From a virus (lineage: Duplodnaviria; Heunggongvirae; Uroviricota; Caudoviricetes): a stretch of 33,821 bases of DNA. The DNA is taken from the IMG/VR virus record IMGVR_UViG_2671180458_000002. The stretch is one strand, 5' to 3'. Position 1 is the stretch's first letter; every line of letters begins with the position of its first letter. The notes under the pieces were generated by a model that was given only the letters and a program-made list of their open reading frames with translations, searched no databases and was not told where the DNA came from. The translations under genes were made by a program, and so were the position numbers. Positions 13,409 to 25,769 of the stretch are shown one piece after another.

Positions 13409-13807
13409 ATGACGAAAGATGAACTGATTGCCCGTCTTAAGCTGCTGGGTGAGCAACTGAACCGTGATGTCAGCCTGACGGGGACGAAGGAAGAACTGGC
13501 GCTCCGTGTGGCAGAGCTGGAAGAGGAGCTTGATGACTCGGATGACACTTCCGGCCAGGACACGCCTGTCAGCCCGGAAAATGCGCTGACCGGGCATGAA
13601 AATGAGGTGGTATCAGAGCCGCCGGATACCGTAATTCAGGATACGGCTGATCTGGTCACGGTCGTGGCACTGGTGACGCTGCATACCGATGCACTTCACG
13701 CCACACGGGATGAGCCTGTGGATTTTGTGCTGCCGGGAACGGAGTTCCGTGTCTCTGCCGGTGTGGCAGTTGAAATGACAGAGCGCGGCCTGGCCAGAAT
13801 GCAATAA
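13409..13807 (+). CDS. FI: DNA packaging protein FI (132 aa)
   Basis: ATG preceded by GGAGGAG; MTKDELIARLKLLGEQLNRDVSLTG... resembles recalled lambda gpFI with some divergence. Confidence 0.9.
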   Translation: MTKDELIARLKLLGEQLNRDVSLTGTKEELALRVAELEEELDDSDDTSGQDTPVSPENALTGHENEVVSEPPDTVIQDTADLVTVVALVTLHTDALHATRDEPVDFVLPGTEFRVSAGVAVEMTERGLARMQ

Positions 13808-13818
13808 CGGGAGGCGCT

Positions 13819-14172
13819 GTGGCTGATTTCGATAACCTGTTCGATGCTGCCATTGCCCGCGCCGATGAAACGATACGCGGGTACATGGGAACGTCAGCCA
13901 CCATGACATCCGGTGAGCAGTCCGGCGCAGTAATACGTGGTGTTTTTGATGACCCTGAAAATATCAGCTATGCCGGACAGGGCGTGCGCGTTGAAGGCTC
14001 CAGCCCGTCCCTGTTTGTCCGGACTGATGATGTGCGGCAACTGCGGCGTGGAGACACGCTGACCATCGGTGAGGAAAACTTCTGGATAGACCGGGTTTCG
14101 CCGGATGATGGTGGAAGCTGTCATCTCTGGCTTGGGCGGGGCGTACCGCCTGCCGTTAACCGTCGCCGCTGA
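13819..14172 (+). CDS. FII: head-tail connector protein FII (117 aa)
   Basis: GTG start; MADFDNLFDAAIARADETIRGYMG... matches recalled lambda gpFII. Confidence 0.9.
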   Translation: MADFDNLFDAAIARADETIRGYMGTSATMTSGEQSGAVIRGVFDDPENISYAGQGVRVEGSSPSLFVRTDDVRQLRRGDTLTIGEENFWIDRVSPDDGGSCHLWLGRGVPPAVNRRR

Positions 14173-14183
14173 AAGGGGGATGT

Positions 14184-14762
14184 ATGGCCATAAAAGGTCT
14201 TGAGCAGGCCGTTGAAAACCTCAGCCGTATCAGCAGAACGGCGGTGCCTGGTGCCGCCGCAATGGCCATTAACCGCGTTGCTTCATCCGCGATATCGCTG
14301 TCGGCGTCACAGGTTGCCCGTGAGACAAAGGTACGCCGGAAACTGGTAAAGGAAAGGGCCAGGCTGAAAAGGGCCACGGTCAAAAACCCGCAGGCCAGAA
14401 TCAAGGTTAACCGGGGGGATTTGCCCGTAATAAAGCTGGGTAACGCGCGGATTGTCCTGTCCCGACGCAGGCGTCGTAAAAAGGGGCAGCGTTCAGCCCT
14501 GAAAGGTGGCGGCAGCGTGCTTGTGGTGGGAAACCGTCGTATTCCCGGCGCGTTTATTCAGCAACTGAAAAATGGCCGGTGGCATGTCATGCAGCGTGTG
14601 GCCGGGAAAAACCGTTACCCCATTGATGTGGTGAAAATCCCGATGGCGGTGCCGCTGACCACGGCGTTTAAACAGAATATTGAGCGGATACGGCGTGAGC
14701 GTCTTCCGAAAGAGCTGGGCTATGCGCTGCAGCATCAACTGAGAATGGTAATAAAGCGATGA
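14184..14762 (+). CDS. Z: tail completion protein Z (192 aa)
   Basis: Matches recalled lambda gpZ. Confidence 0.9.
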   Translation: MAIKGLEQAVENLSRISRTAVPGAAAMAINRVASSAISLSASQVARETKVRRKLVKERARLKRATVKNPQARIKVNRGDLPVIKLGNARIVLSRRRRRKKGQRSALKGGGSVLVVGNRRIPGAFIQQLKNGRWHVMQRVAGKNRYPIDVVKIPMAVPLTTAFKQNIERIRRERLPKELGYALQHQLRMVIKR

Positions 14763-15154
14763 AACATACTGAACTCCGAGCAGCCGTACTGGATGCACTG
14801 GAGAAGCATGACACCGGGGCGACGCTTTTTGATGGTCGCCCCGCTGTTTTTGATGAGGCGGATTTTCCGGCAATTGCCGTTTATCTCACCGGCGCTGAAT
14901 ACACGGGCGAAGAGCTGGACAGCGATACCTGGCAGGCGGAGCTGCATATTGAAGTTTTCCTGCCTGCTCAGGTGCCGGATTCAGAGCTGGATTCGTGGAT
15001 GGAGTCCCGGATTTATCCGGTGATGAGCGATATCCCGGCACTGTCAGATTTGATCACCAGTATGGTGGCCAGTGGCTATGACTACCGGCGCGACGATGAT
15101 GCGGGCCTGTGGAGTTCAGCCGATCTGACGTATGTCATTACCTATGAAATGTGA
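14759..15154 (+). CDS. U: tail terminator protein U (131 aa)
   Basis: Matches recalled lambda gpU; ATGA overlap with Z. Confidence 0.9.
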   Translation: MKHTELRAAVLDALEKHDTGATLFDGRPAVFDEADFPAIAVYLTGAEYTGEELDSDTWQAELHIEVFLPAQVPDSELDSWMESRIYPVMSDIPALSDLITSMVASGYDYRRDDDAGLWSSADLTYVITYEM

Positions 15155-15161
15155 GGACGCT

Positions 15162-15902
15162 ATGCCTGTACCAAATCCAACAATGCCGGTGAAAGGTGCC
15201 GGGACCACACTGTGGGTTTATAAGGGGAACGGTGACCCTTATGCGAACCCGCTTTCAGACGTTGACTGGTCGCGTCTGGCAAAAGTTAAAGACCTGACAC
15301 CCGGCGAACTGACCGCTGAGTCCTATGACGACAGCTATCTCGATGATGAAGATGCGGACTGGACTGCGACCGGGCAGGGGCAGAAATCTGCCGGAGATAC
15401 CAGCTTCACGCTGGCGTGGATGCCCGGAGAGCAGGGGCAGCAGGCGCTGCTGGCGTGGTTTAATGAAGGTGATACCCGTGCCTATAAAATCCGCTTCCCG
15501 AACGGCACGGTCGATGTGTTCCGTGGCTGGGTCAGCAGTATCGGTAAAGCGGTGACGGCGAAGGAAGTGATCACCCGCACGGTGAAGGTCACCAATGTGG
15601 GACGCCCGTCGATGGCTGAAGATCGCAGTACGGTGACGGCAGCAACCGGCATGACGGTAACGCCAGCCAGTGCTTCCGTAGTGAAAGGGCAGAGCACCAC
15701 GCTGACCGTGGCATTCCAGCCGGAAGGTGTAACCGACAAGAGCTTCCGTGCGGTGTCTGCGGATAAAACAAAAGCCACCGTGTCGGTCAGTGGTATGACC
15801 ATCACCGTGAACGGCGTTGCTGCAGGCAAGGTCAACATTCCGGTTGTATCCAGTAATGGTGAGTTTGCTGCGGTTGCAGAAATCACCGTCACCGCCAGTT
15901 AA
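15162..15902 (+). CDS. V: major tail tube protein V (246 aa)
   Basis: [22 protein letters not shown]..., internal start of track ORF 15132; C-terminal Ig-like region present. Confidence 0.9.
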   Translation: MPVPNPTMPVKGAGTTLWVYKGNGDPYANPLSDVDWSRLAKVKDLTPGELTAESYDDSYLDDEDADWTATGQGQKSAGDTSFTLAWMPGEQGQQALLAWFNEGDTRAYKIRFPNGTVDVFRGWVSSIGKAVTAKEVITRTVKVTNVGRPSMAEDRSTVTAATGMTVTPASASVVKGQSTTLTVAFQPEGVTDKSFRAVSADKTKATVSVSGMTITVNGVAAGKVNIPVVSSNGEFAAVAEITVTAS

Positions 15903-15917
15903 TCCGGAGAGTCAGCG

Positions 15918-16340
15918 ATGTTCCTGAAAACCGAATCATTTGAATATAACGGCGTGACCGTCACGCTTTCTGAACTGTCAGCCCTGCAGCGTATTGAGCA
16001 TCTCGCCTGGTTGAAAGAGCAGGAAAAAAAGGCTGAATCCAGTGGCAACCTGCAGGTGTCTGTAGAGGATCTTATCAGAGGCGGGGCGTTTCTGGTGGCG
16101 ATGTCTCTGTGGCATAACCATCCGCAGAAGACAAAGCTGCCGTCCATGAATGAAGCCATTACGCAGATTGAGCAGGAAGTGCTTACCACCTGGCCCACGG
16201 AGGCAATTGCTCAGGCTGAAAACGTGGTGTTACGTCTGTCCGGAATGTCTGAGTTTGTGGTGAATAATGCCCCTGAACAGGCAGATGACGCCGGGCCTAC
16301 AGAGCCTGTTTCTGCGGGAAAGTGTTCGACGGTGAGCTGA
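15918..16340 (+). CDS. G: tail assembly chaperone G (140 aa)
   Basis: MFLKTESFEYNGVTVTLSELSALQRIEHLAWL... matches recalled lambda gpG; contains the slippery site near its 3' end. Confidence 0.9.
   Translation: MFLKTESFEYNGVTVTLSELSALQRIEHLAWLKEQEKKAESSGNLQVSVEDLIRGGAFLVAMSLWHNHPQKTKLPSMNEAITQIEQEVLTTWPTEAIAQAENVVLRLSGMSEFVVNNAPEQADDAGPTEPVSAGKCSTVS
16316..16322 (+). promoter_or_regulatory. programmed -1 ribosomal frameshift slippery heptamer G GGA AAG (G to G-T fusion)
   Basis: GGGAAAG read directly, in the zero-frame register GGA AAG of G; the -1 frame continues as the T ORF to 16756. Confidence 0.8.
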
Positions 16341-16756
16341 GTTTTGCCCTGAAACTGGCGCGTGAGATGGGGCGACCCGACTGGCGCGCCATGCTTGCCG
16401 GGATGTCATCCACGGAGTATGCCGACTGGCACCGCTTTTACAGTACCCATTATTTTCATGATGTTCTGCTGGATATGCACTTTTCCGGGCTGACATACAC
16501 CGTGCTCAGCCTGTTTTTCAGCGATCCGGATATGCATCCGCTGGATTTCAGTCTGCTGAACCGGCGCGAGGCTGACGAAGAGCCTGAAGATGATGTGCTG
16601 ATGCAGAAAGCGGCAGGGCTTGCCGGAGGTGTCCGCTTTGGCCCGGACGGGAATGAAGTTATCCCTACTTCCCCGGATGTGGCGGACATGACGGAGGATG
16701 ACGTAATGCTGATGACAGTATCAGAAGGGATCGCAGGAGGAGTCCGGTATGGCTGA
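16322..16756 (+). CDS. T: T portion of the G-T tail assembly chaperone, expressed only by -1 frameshift from G
   Basis: -1-frame ORF beginning within the G 3' end and ending just inside H; no independent ATG or RBS is expected. Confidence 0.8.
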   Translation: MFDGELSFALKLAREMGRPDWRAMLAGMSSTEYADWHRFYSTHYFHDVLLDMHFSGLTYTVLSLFFSDPDMHPLDFSLLNRREADEEPEDDVLMQKAAGLAGGVRFGPDGNEVIPTSPDVADMTEDDVMLMTVSEGIAGGVRYG

Positions 16757-19244
16757 ACCGGTAGGCGATCTGGTCGTTGATTTGAGTCTGGATGCGGCCA
16801 GATTTGACGAGCAGATGGCCAGAGTCAGGCGTCATTTTTCCGGTACGGAAAGTGATGCGAAAAAAACAGCGGCAGTCGTTGAACAGTCGCTGAGCCGACA
16901 GGCGCTGGCTGCACAGAAAGCGGGGATTTCCGTCGGGCAGTATAAAGCCGCCATGCGTATGCTGCCTGCACAGTTCACCGACGTGGCCACGCAGCTTGCA
17001 GGCGGGCAAAGTCCGTGGCTGATCCTGCTGCAACAGGGTGGTCAGGTTAAGGACTCCTTCGGCGGGATGATCCCCATGTTCAGGGGGCTTGCCGGTGCGA
17101 TCACCCTGCCGATGGTGGGGGCCACCTCGCTGGCGGTGGCGACCGGTGCGCTGGCGTATGCCTGGTATCAGGGCAACTCAACCCTGTCCGATTTCAACAA
17201 AACGCTGGTCCTTTCCGGCAATCAGTCGGGGCTGACGGCAGATCGTATGCTGGTCCTGTCCAGAGCCGGGCAGGCGGCAGGGCTGACGTTTAACCAGACC
17301 AGCGAGTCACTCAGCGCACTGGTTAAGGCGGGGGTAAGCGGTGAGGCTCAGATTGCATCCATCAGCCAGAGTGTGGCGCGTTTCTCCTCTGCATCCGGCG
17401 TGGAGGTGGACAAGGTCGCTGAAGCCTTCGGGAAGCTGACCACAGACCCGACGTCAGGGCTGACAGCGATGGCACGCCAGTTCCATAACGTGACGGCGAA
17501 CGAGGCCGCGACGAAAGGGTTTGATGACCAGACCCGCCGCCTGAAAGAGAACATGGGTACGCTGGAGACCTGGGCAGACAGGACAGCGCGGGCATTCAAA
17601 TCCATGTGGGATGCGGTGCTGGATATTGGTCGTCCTGATACCGCGCAGGAGATGCTGATTAAGGCAGAGGCTGCGTTTAAGAAAGCGGACGACATCTGGA
17701 GTCTGCGCAAGGATGATTATTTTGTTAACGATGAAGCGCGGGCGCGTTACTGGGATGATCGTGAAAAGGCCCGTCTTGCGCTTGAAGCCGCCAGAAAGAA
17801 GGCTGAACAGCAGAGTCAACAGGACAAAAATGCGCAGCAGCAGAGCGATACTGAAGCGTCACGGCTGAAATATACCGAAGAGGCGCAGAAGGCTTACGAA
17901 CGGCTGCAGACGCCGCTGGAGAAATATACCGCCCGTCAGGAAGAACTGAACAAGGCACTGAAGGACGGGAAAATTCTGCAGGCAGATTACAACACGCTGA
18001 TGGCGGCGGCGAAAAAGGACTATGAAGCGACGCTGAAAAAGCCGAAACAGTCCGGCGTGAAGGTGTCTGCGGGCGATCGTCAGGAAGACAGTGCTCATGC
18101 TGCCCTGCTGACGCTTCAGGCTGAACTCCGGACGCTGGAGAAGCATGCCGGAGCAAATGAGAAAATCAGCCAGCAGCGCCGGGATTTGTGGAAGGCGGAG
18201 AGTCAGTTCGCGGTACTGGAGGAGGCGGCGCAACGTCGCCAGCTGTCTGCACAGGAGAAATCCCTGCTGGCGCATAAAGATGAGACGCTGGAGTACAAAC
18301 GCCAGCTGGCTGCACTTGGCGACAAGGTTACGTATCAGGAGCGCCTGAACGCGCTGGCGCAGCAGGCGGATAAATTCGCACAGCAGCAACGGGCAAAACG
18401 GGCCGCTATTGATGCGAAAAGCCGGGGGCTGACTGACCGGCAGGCAGAACGGGAAGCCACGGAACAGCGCCTGAAGGAACAGTATGGCGATAATCCGCTG
18501 GCGCTGAATAACGTCATGTCAGAGCAGAAAAAGACCTGGGCGGCTGAAGACCAGCTTCGCGGGAGCTGGATGGCAGGCCTGAAGTCCGGCTGGAGTGAGT
18601 GGGAAGAGAGCGCCACGGACAGTATGTCGCAGGTAAAAAGTGCAGCCACGCAGACCTTTGATGGTATTGCACAGAATATGGCAGCGATGCTGACCGGCAG
18701 TGAGCAGAACTGTCGCAGCTTCACCCGTTCCGTGCTGTCCATGATGACAGAAATTCTGCTTAAGCAGGCAATGGTGGGGATTGTCGGGAGTATCGGCAGC
18801 GCCATTGGCGGGGCTGTTGGTGGCGGCGCATCCGCGTCAGGCGGTACAGCCATTCAGGCCGCTGCGGCGAAATTCCATTTTGCAACCGGAGGATTCACAG
18901 GAACCGGCGGCAAATATGAGCCAGCGGGGATTGTTCACCGTGGTGAATTTGTCTTCACGAAGGAGGCAACCAGCCGGATTGGCGTGGGGAATCTCTACCG
19001 GCTGATGCGCGGCTATGCCACCGGTGGTTATGTCGGTACACCGGGCAGTCTGGCTGACAGCCGGTCGCAGGCGTCCGGGACGTTTGAGCAGAATAACCAT
19101 GTGGTGATTAACAACGACGGCACGAACGGTCAGATAGGGCCACAGGCACTGAAGGCTGTTTATGACGTAGCCCGTAAGGCGGCAATGGATGTTGTGACCG
19201 GGCAGATGCGCGATGGTGGTCTGTTCTCCGGAGGTGGACGATGA
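16749..19244 (+). CDS. H: tail tape measure protein H (831 aa)
   Basis: Matches recalled lambda gpH; slightly shorter than the 853 aa I recall for lambda. Confidence 0.9.
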   Translation: MAEPVGDLVVDLSLDAARFDEQMARVRRHFSGTESDAKKTAAVVEQSLSRQALAAQKAGISVGQYKAAMRMLPAQFTDVATQLAGGQSPWLILLQQGGQVKDSFGGMIPMFRGLAGAITLPMVGATSLAVATGALAYAWYQGNSTLSDFNKTLVLSGNQSGLTADRMLVLSRAGQAAGLTFNQTSESLSALVKAGVSGEAQIASISQSVARFSSASGVEVDKVAEAFGKLTTDPTSGLTAMARQFHNVTANEAATKGFDDQTRRLKENMGTLETWADRTARAFKSMWDAVLDIGRPDTAQEMLIKAEAAFKKADDIWSLRKDDYFVNDEARARYWDDREKARLALEAARKKAEQQSQQDKNAQQQSDTEASRLKYTEEAQKAYERLQTPLEKYTARQEELNKALKDGKILQADYNTLMAAAKKDYEATLKKPKQSGVKVSAGDRQEDSAHAALLTLQAELRTLEKHAGANEKISQQRRDLWKAESQFAVLEEAAQRRQLSAQEKSLLAHKDETLEYKRQLAALGDKVTYQERLNALAQQADKFAQQQRAKRAAIDAKSRGLTDRQAEREATEQRLKEQYGDNPLALNNVMSEQKKTWAAEDQLRGSWMAGLKSGWSEWEESATDSMSQVKSAATQTFDGIAQNMAAMLTGSEQNCRSFTRSVLSMMTEILLKQAMVGIVGSIGSAIGGAVGGGASASGGTAIQAAAAKFHFATGGFTGTGGKYEPAGIVHRGEFVFTKEATSRIGVGNLYRLMRGYATGGYVGTPGSLADSRSQASGTFEQNNHVVINNDGTNGQIGPQALKAVYDVARKAAMDVVTGQMRDGGLFSGGGR

Positions 19245-19570
19245 AAACCTTCCGCTGGAAAGTGAAACCCGGTATGGATGTGGCTTCGTCCCCTTCTGTA
19301 AGAAAGGTGCGCTTTGGTGATGGCTATTCCCAGCGAGCGCCTGCCGGGCTGAATGCCAACCTGAAAACGTACAGCGTGACGCTTTCTGTCCCCCGTGAGG
19401 AGGCCACGGTACTGGAGTCGTTTCTGGAAGAGCACGGGGGCTGGAAAGCCTTTCTGTGGACGCCGCCTTATGAGTGGCGGCAGATAAAGGTGACCTGCGC
19501 AAAATGGTCGTCGCGGGTCAGTATGCTGCGTGTTGAGTTCAGCGCAGAGTTTGAACAGGTGGTGAACTGA
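19241..19570 (+). CDS. M: tail tip protein M (109 aa)
   Basis: MKTFRWKVKPGMDVAS... matches recalled lambda gpM. Confidence 0.9.
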   Translation: MKTFRWKVKPGMDVASSPSVRKVRFGDGYSQRAPAGLNANLKTYSVTLSVPREEATVLESFLEEHGGWKAFLWTPPYEWRQIKVTCAKWSSRVSMLRVEFSAEFEQVVN

Positions 19571-20268
19571 TGCAGGATATCCGGCAGGAAACACTGAATG
19601 AATGCACCCGTGCGGAGCAGTCGGCCAGCGTGGTGCTATGGGAAATCGACCTGACAGAGGTCGGTGGAGAACGTTATTTTTTCTGTAATGAGCAGAACGA
19701 AAAAGGTGAGCCGGTCACCTGGCAGGGGCGACAGTATCAGCCATATCCCATTCAGGGGAGTGGTCTTGAACTGAATGGCAAAGGCACCAGTACGCGCCCC
19801 ACGCTGACGGTTTCTAACCTGTACGGTATGGTCACCGGGATGGCGGAAGATCTGCAGAGTTTGGTCGGCGGAACGGTGGTCCGGCGTAAGGTTTACGCCC
19901 GTTTTCTGGATGCGGTGAACTTCGTCAACGGAAACAGCGACGCCGATCCGGAGCAGGAGGTGATCAGCCGCTGGCGCATCGAGCAGTGCAGCGAACTGAG
20001 CGCGGTGAGTGCCTCCTTTGTACTGTCCACGCCGACGGAAACGGATGGCGCTGTTTTTCCGGGACGTATCATGCTGGCCAACACCTGCACCTGGACCTAT
20101 CGCGGCGATGAGTGCGGTTATCACGGTCCGGCGGTCGCGGATGAATATGACCAGCCGACGTCCGATATCACGAAGGATAAATGCAGCAAATGCCTGAGCG
20201 GTTGTAAGTTCCGCAATAACGTCGGCAACTTTGGCGGCTTCCTTTCCATTAACAAACTTTCGCAGTAA
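19570..20268 (+). CDS. L: tail tip protein L (232 aa)
   Basis: Matches recalled lambda gpL; C-terminal Cys cluster (CSKCLSGC). Confidence 0.9.
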   Translation: MQDIRQETLNECTRAEQSASVVLWEIDLTEVGGERYFFCNEQNEKGEPVTWQGRQYQPYPIQGSGLELNGKGTSTRPTLTVSNLYGMVTGMAEDLQSLVGGTVVRRKVYARFLDAVNFVNGNSDADPEQEVISRWRIEQCSELSAVSASFVLSTPTETDGAVFPGRIMLANTCTWTYRGDECGYHGPAVADEYDQPTSDITKDKCSKCLSGCKFRNNVGNFGGFLSINKLSQ

Positions 20269-20273
20269 ATCCC

Positions 20274-21017
20274 ATGACACAGACAGAATCAGCGATTCTG
20301 GCGCACGCCCGGCGATGTGCGCCAGCGGAGTCGTGCGGCTTCGTGGTAAGCACGCCGGAGGGGGAAAGATATTTCCCCTGCGTGAATATCTCCGGTGAGC
20401 CGGAGGCGTATTTCCGTATGTCGCCGGAAGACTGGCTGCAGGCAGAAATGCAGGGTGAGATTGTGGCGCTGGTCCACAGCCACCCCGGTGGTCTGCCCTG
20501 GCTGAGTGAGGCCGACCGGCGGCTGCAGGTGCAGAGTGATTTGCCGTGGTGGCTGGTCTGCCGGGGGACGATTCATAAGTTCCGCTGTGTGCCGCATCTC
20601 ACCGGGCGGCGCTTTGAGCACGGGGTGACGGACTGTTACACGCTGTTCCGGGATGCTTATCATCTGGCGGGGATTGAGATGCCGGATTTTCATCGCGAGG
20701 ATGACTGGTGGCGTCACGGTCAGAATCTCTATCTGGATAATCTGGAGGCCACAGGGCTGTATCAGGTGCCGTTGTCATCAGCACAACCGGGCGATGTGCT
20801 GCTGTGCTGTTTTGGTTCATCGGTGCCGAATCATGCCGCCATTTACTGTGGTGATGGCGAGCTGCTGCACCATATTCCTGAACAACTGAGCAAACGAGAG
20901 AGGTATACCGACAAATGGCAGCGACGCACACACTCCCTCTGGCGTCATCGGGCATGGCGCGCATCTGCCTTTACGGGGATTTGCAACGATTTGGCCGCCG
21001 CATCGACCTTCGTGTGA
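20274..21017 (+). CDS. K: tail tip assembly protein K (MPN/JAMM plus NlpC/P60-like); 247 aa from the first ATG, 199 aa if started at 20418
   Basis: Full ORF starts 6 nt after the L stop; the JAMM-like motif EIVALVHSHPGGLPWLSEAD and an upstream Glu lie in or near the extension. Confidence 0.85.
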   Translation: MTQTESAILAHARRCAPAESCGFVVSTPEGERYFPCVNISGEPEAYFRMSPEDWLQAEMQGEIVALVHSHPGGLPWLSEADRRLQVQSDLPWWLVCRGTIHKFRCVPHLTGRRFEHGVTDCYTLFRDAYHLAGIEMPDFHREDDWWRHGQNLYLDNLEATGLYQVPLSSAQPGDVLLCCFGSSVPNHAAIYCGDGELLHHIPEQLSKRERYTDKWQRRTHSLWRHRAWRASAFTGICNDLAAASTFV

Positions 21018-21586
21018 AAACGGGGGCTGAAGCCATCCGCGCACTGGCCACACAGCTCCCGGTGTTTCGTCAGAAACTGAGCGACGGCTGGTATCAGGTA
21101 CGGATTGCCGGGCGGGACGTCAGCACGTCCGGGTTAACGGCGCAGTTACATGAGACTCTGCCTGATGGCGCTGTGATTCATATTGTTCCCAGAGTCGCCG
21201 GGGCCAAGTCAGGTGGCATATTCCAGATTGTCCTGGGGGCTGCCGCCATTGCCGGATCATTCTTTACCGCCGGAGCCACCCTTGCAGCATGGGGGGCAGC
21301 CATTGGGGCCGGAGGTATGACCGGCATCCTGTTTTCTCTCGGTGCCAGTATGGTGCTCGGTGGTGTGGCGCAGATGCTGGCACCGAAAGCCAGAACTCCC
21401 CGTACACAGACAACGGATAACGGCAAACAGAACACCTATTTCTCCTCACTGGATAACATGGTTGCCCAGGGCAATGTTCTGCCGGTTCTGTACGGTGAAA
21501 TGCGCGTGGGGTCACGCGTGGTTTCTCAGGAGATCAGCACGGCAGACGAAGGGGATGGTGGTCAGGTTGTGGTGATTGGTCGCTGA
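20915..21586 (+). CDS. I: tail tip assembly protein I (223 aa)
   Basis: Matches recalled lambda gpI; overlaps the K 3' end. Confidence 0.9.
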   Translation: MAATHTLPLASSGMARICLYGDLQRFGRRIDLRVKTGAEAIRALATQLPVFRQKLSDGWYQVRIAGRDVSTSGLTAQLHETLPDGAVIHIVPRVAGAKSGGIFQIVLGAAAIAGSFFTAGATLAAWGAAIGAGGMTGILFSLGASMVLGGVAQMLAPKARTPRTQTTDNGKQNTYFSSLDNMVAQGNVLPVLYGEMRVGSRVVSQEISTADEGDGGQVVVIGR

Positions 21587-21643
21587 TGCAAAATGTTTTA
21601 TGTGAAACCGCCTCCGGGCGGTTTTATCGTTTATGGAGCATGA

Positions 21644-25045
<3,402 letters not shown>

Positions 25046-25062
25046 ATTTTATAACCCATAAC

Positions 25063-25087
25063 GGGCGTCAGAAATGACGCCTTTTTT
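25063..25087 (+). terminator. intrinsic terminator after J (GGGCGTCA-GAAA-TGACGCC then T6)
   Basis: Hairpin plus T-tract read directly, immediately downstream of the J stop. Confidence 0.7.
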
Positions 25088-25111
25088 ATTGCAGAAAAGC
25101 GAGAGGTAATT

Positions 25112-25711
25112 ATGCGTAAACTTTATGCCGCCATTTTGTCCGCAGCCATTTGTCTGGCCGTATCCGGTGCGCCTGCATGGGCGTCTGAACATCAGTCCAC
25201 GCTGAGCGCGGGGTATCTTCATGCCTCGACGAACGTTCCCGGCAGCGATGATCTGAACGGGATTAACGTGAAATACCGTTATGAGTTTACGGACACACTG
25301 GGGCTGGTGACGTCATTCAGCTATGCAGGAGACAAGAATCGCCAGCTGACCCGTTACAGCGATACCCGCTGGCATGAAGATTCCGTTCGTAACCGCTGGT
25401 TCAGCGTGATGGTGGGGCCGTCTGTGCGCGTGAATGAATGGTTCAGCGCGTATGCGATGGCGGGTGTGGCTTACAGCCGTGTGTCGACTTTCTCCGGGGA
25501 TTATCTCCGCGTAACTGACAACAAGGGGAAAACGCACGACGTGCTGACCGGAAGTGATGACGGTCGCCACAGCAACACGTCTCTGGCGTGGGGAGCTGGC
25601 GTGCAGTTTAACCCGACCGAATCCGTGGCCATTGATATTGCTTATGAAGGCTCCGGCAGTGGCGACTGGCGCACTGACGGTTTCATCATGGGTGTCGGTT
25701 ATAAGTTCTGA
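25112..25711 (+). CDS. lom: Lom outer membrane protein (Ail/Lom family, 199 aa)
   Basis: Signal peptide MRKLYAAILSAAICLAVSGAPAWA and beta-barrel C-terminus ...GVGYKF; matches recalled lambda Lom. Confidence 0.9.
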   Translation: MRKLYAAILSAAICLAVSGAPAWASEHQSTLSAGYLHASTNVPGSDDLNGINVKYRYEFTDTLGLVTSFSYAGDKNRQLTRYSDTRWHEDSVRNRWFSVMVGPSVRVNEWFSAYAMAGVAYSRVSTFSGDYLRVTDNKGKTHDVLTGSDDGRHSNTSLAWGAGVQFNPTESVAIDIAYEGSGSGDWRTDGFIMGVGYKF

Positions 25712-25737
25712 TTAGCCAGGTAACACAGTGTTATGAC

Positions 25738-25765
25738 AGCCCGCCGGTTCAGGCGGGCTTTTTTG
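25738..25765 (+). terminator. intrinsic terminator after lom (AGCCCGCC-GGTTCA-GGCGGGCT then T6)
   Basis: Perfect 8-bp GC-rich stem plus T-run read directly. Confidence 0.75.
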
Positions 25766-25769
25766 TGGG

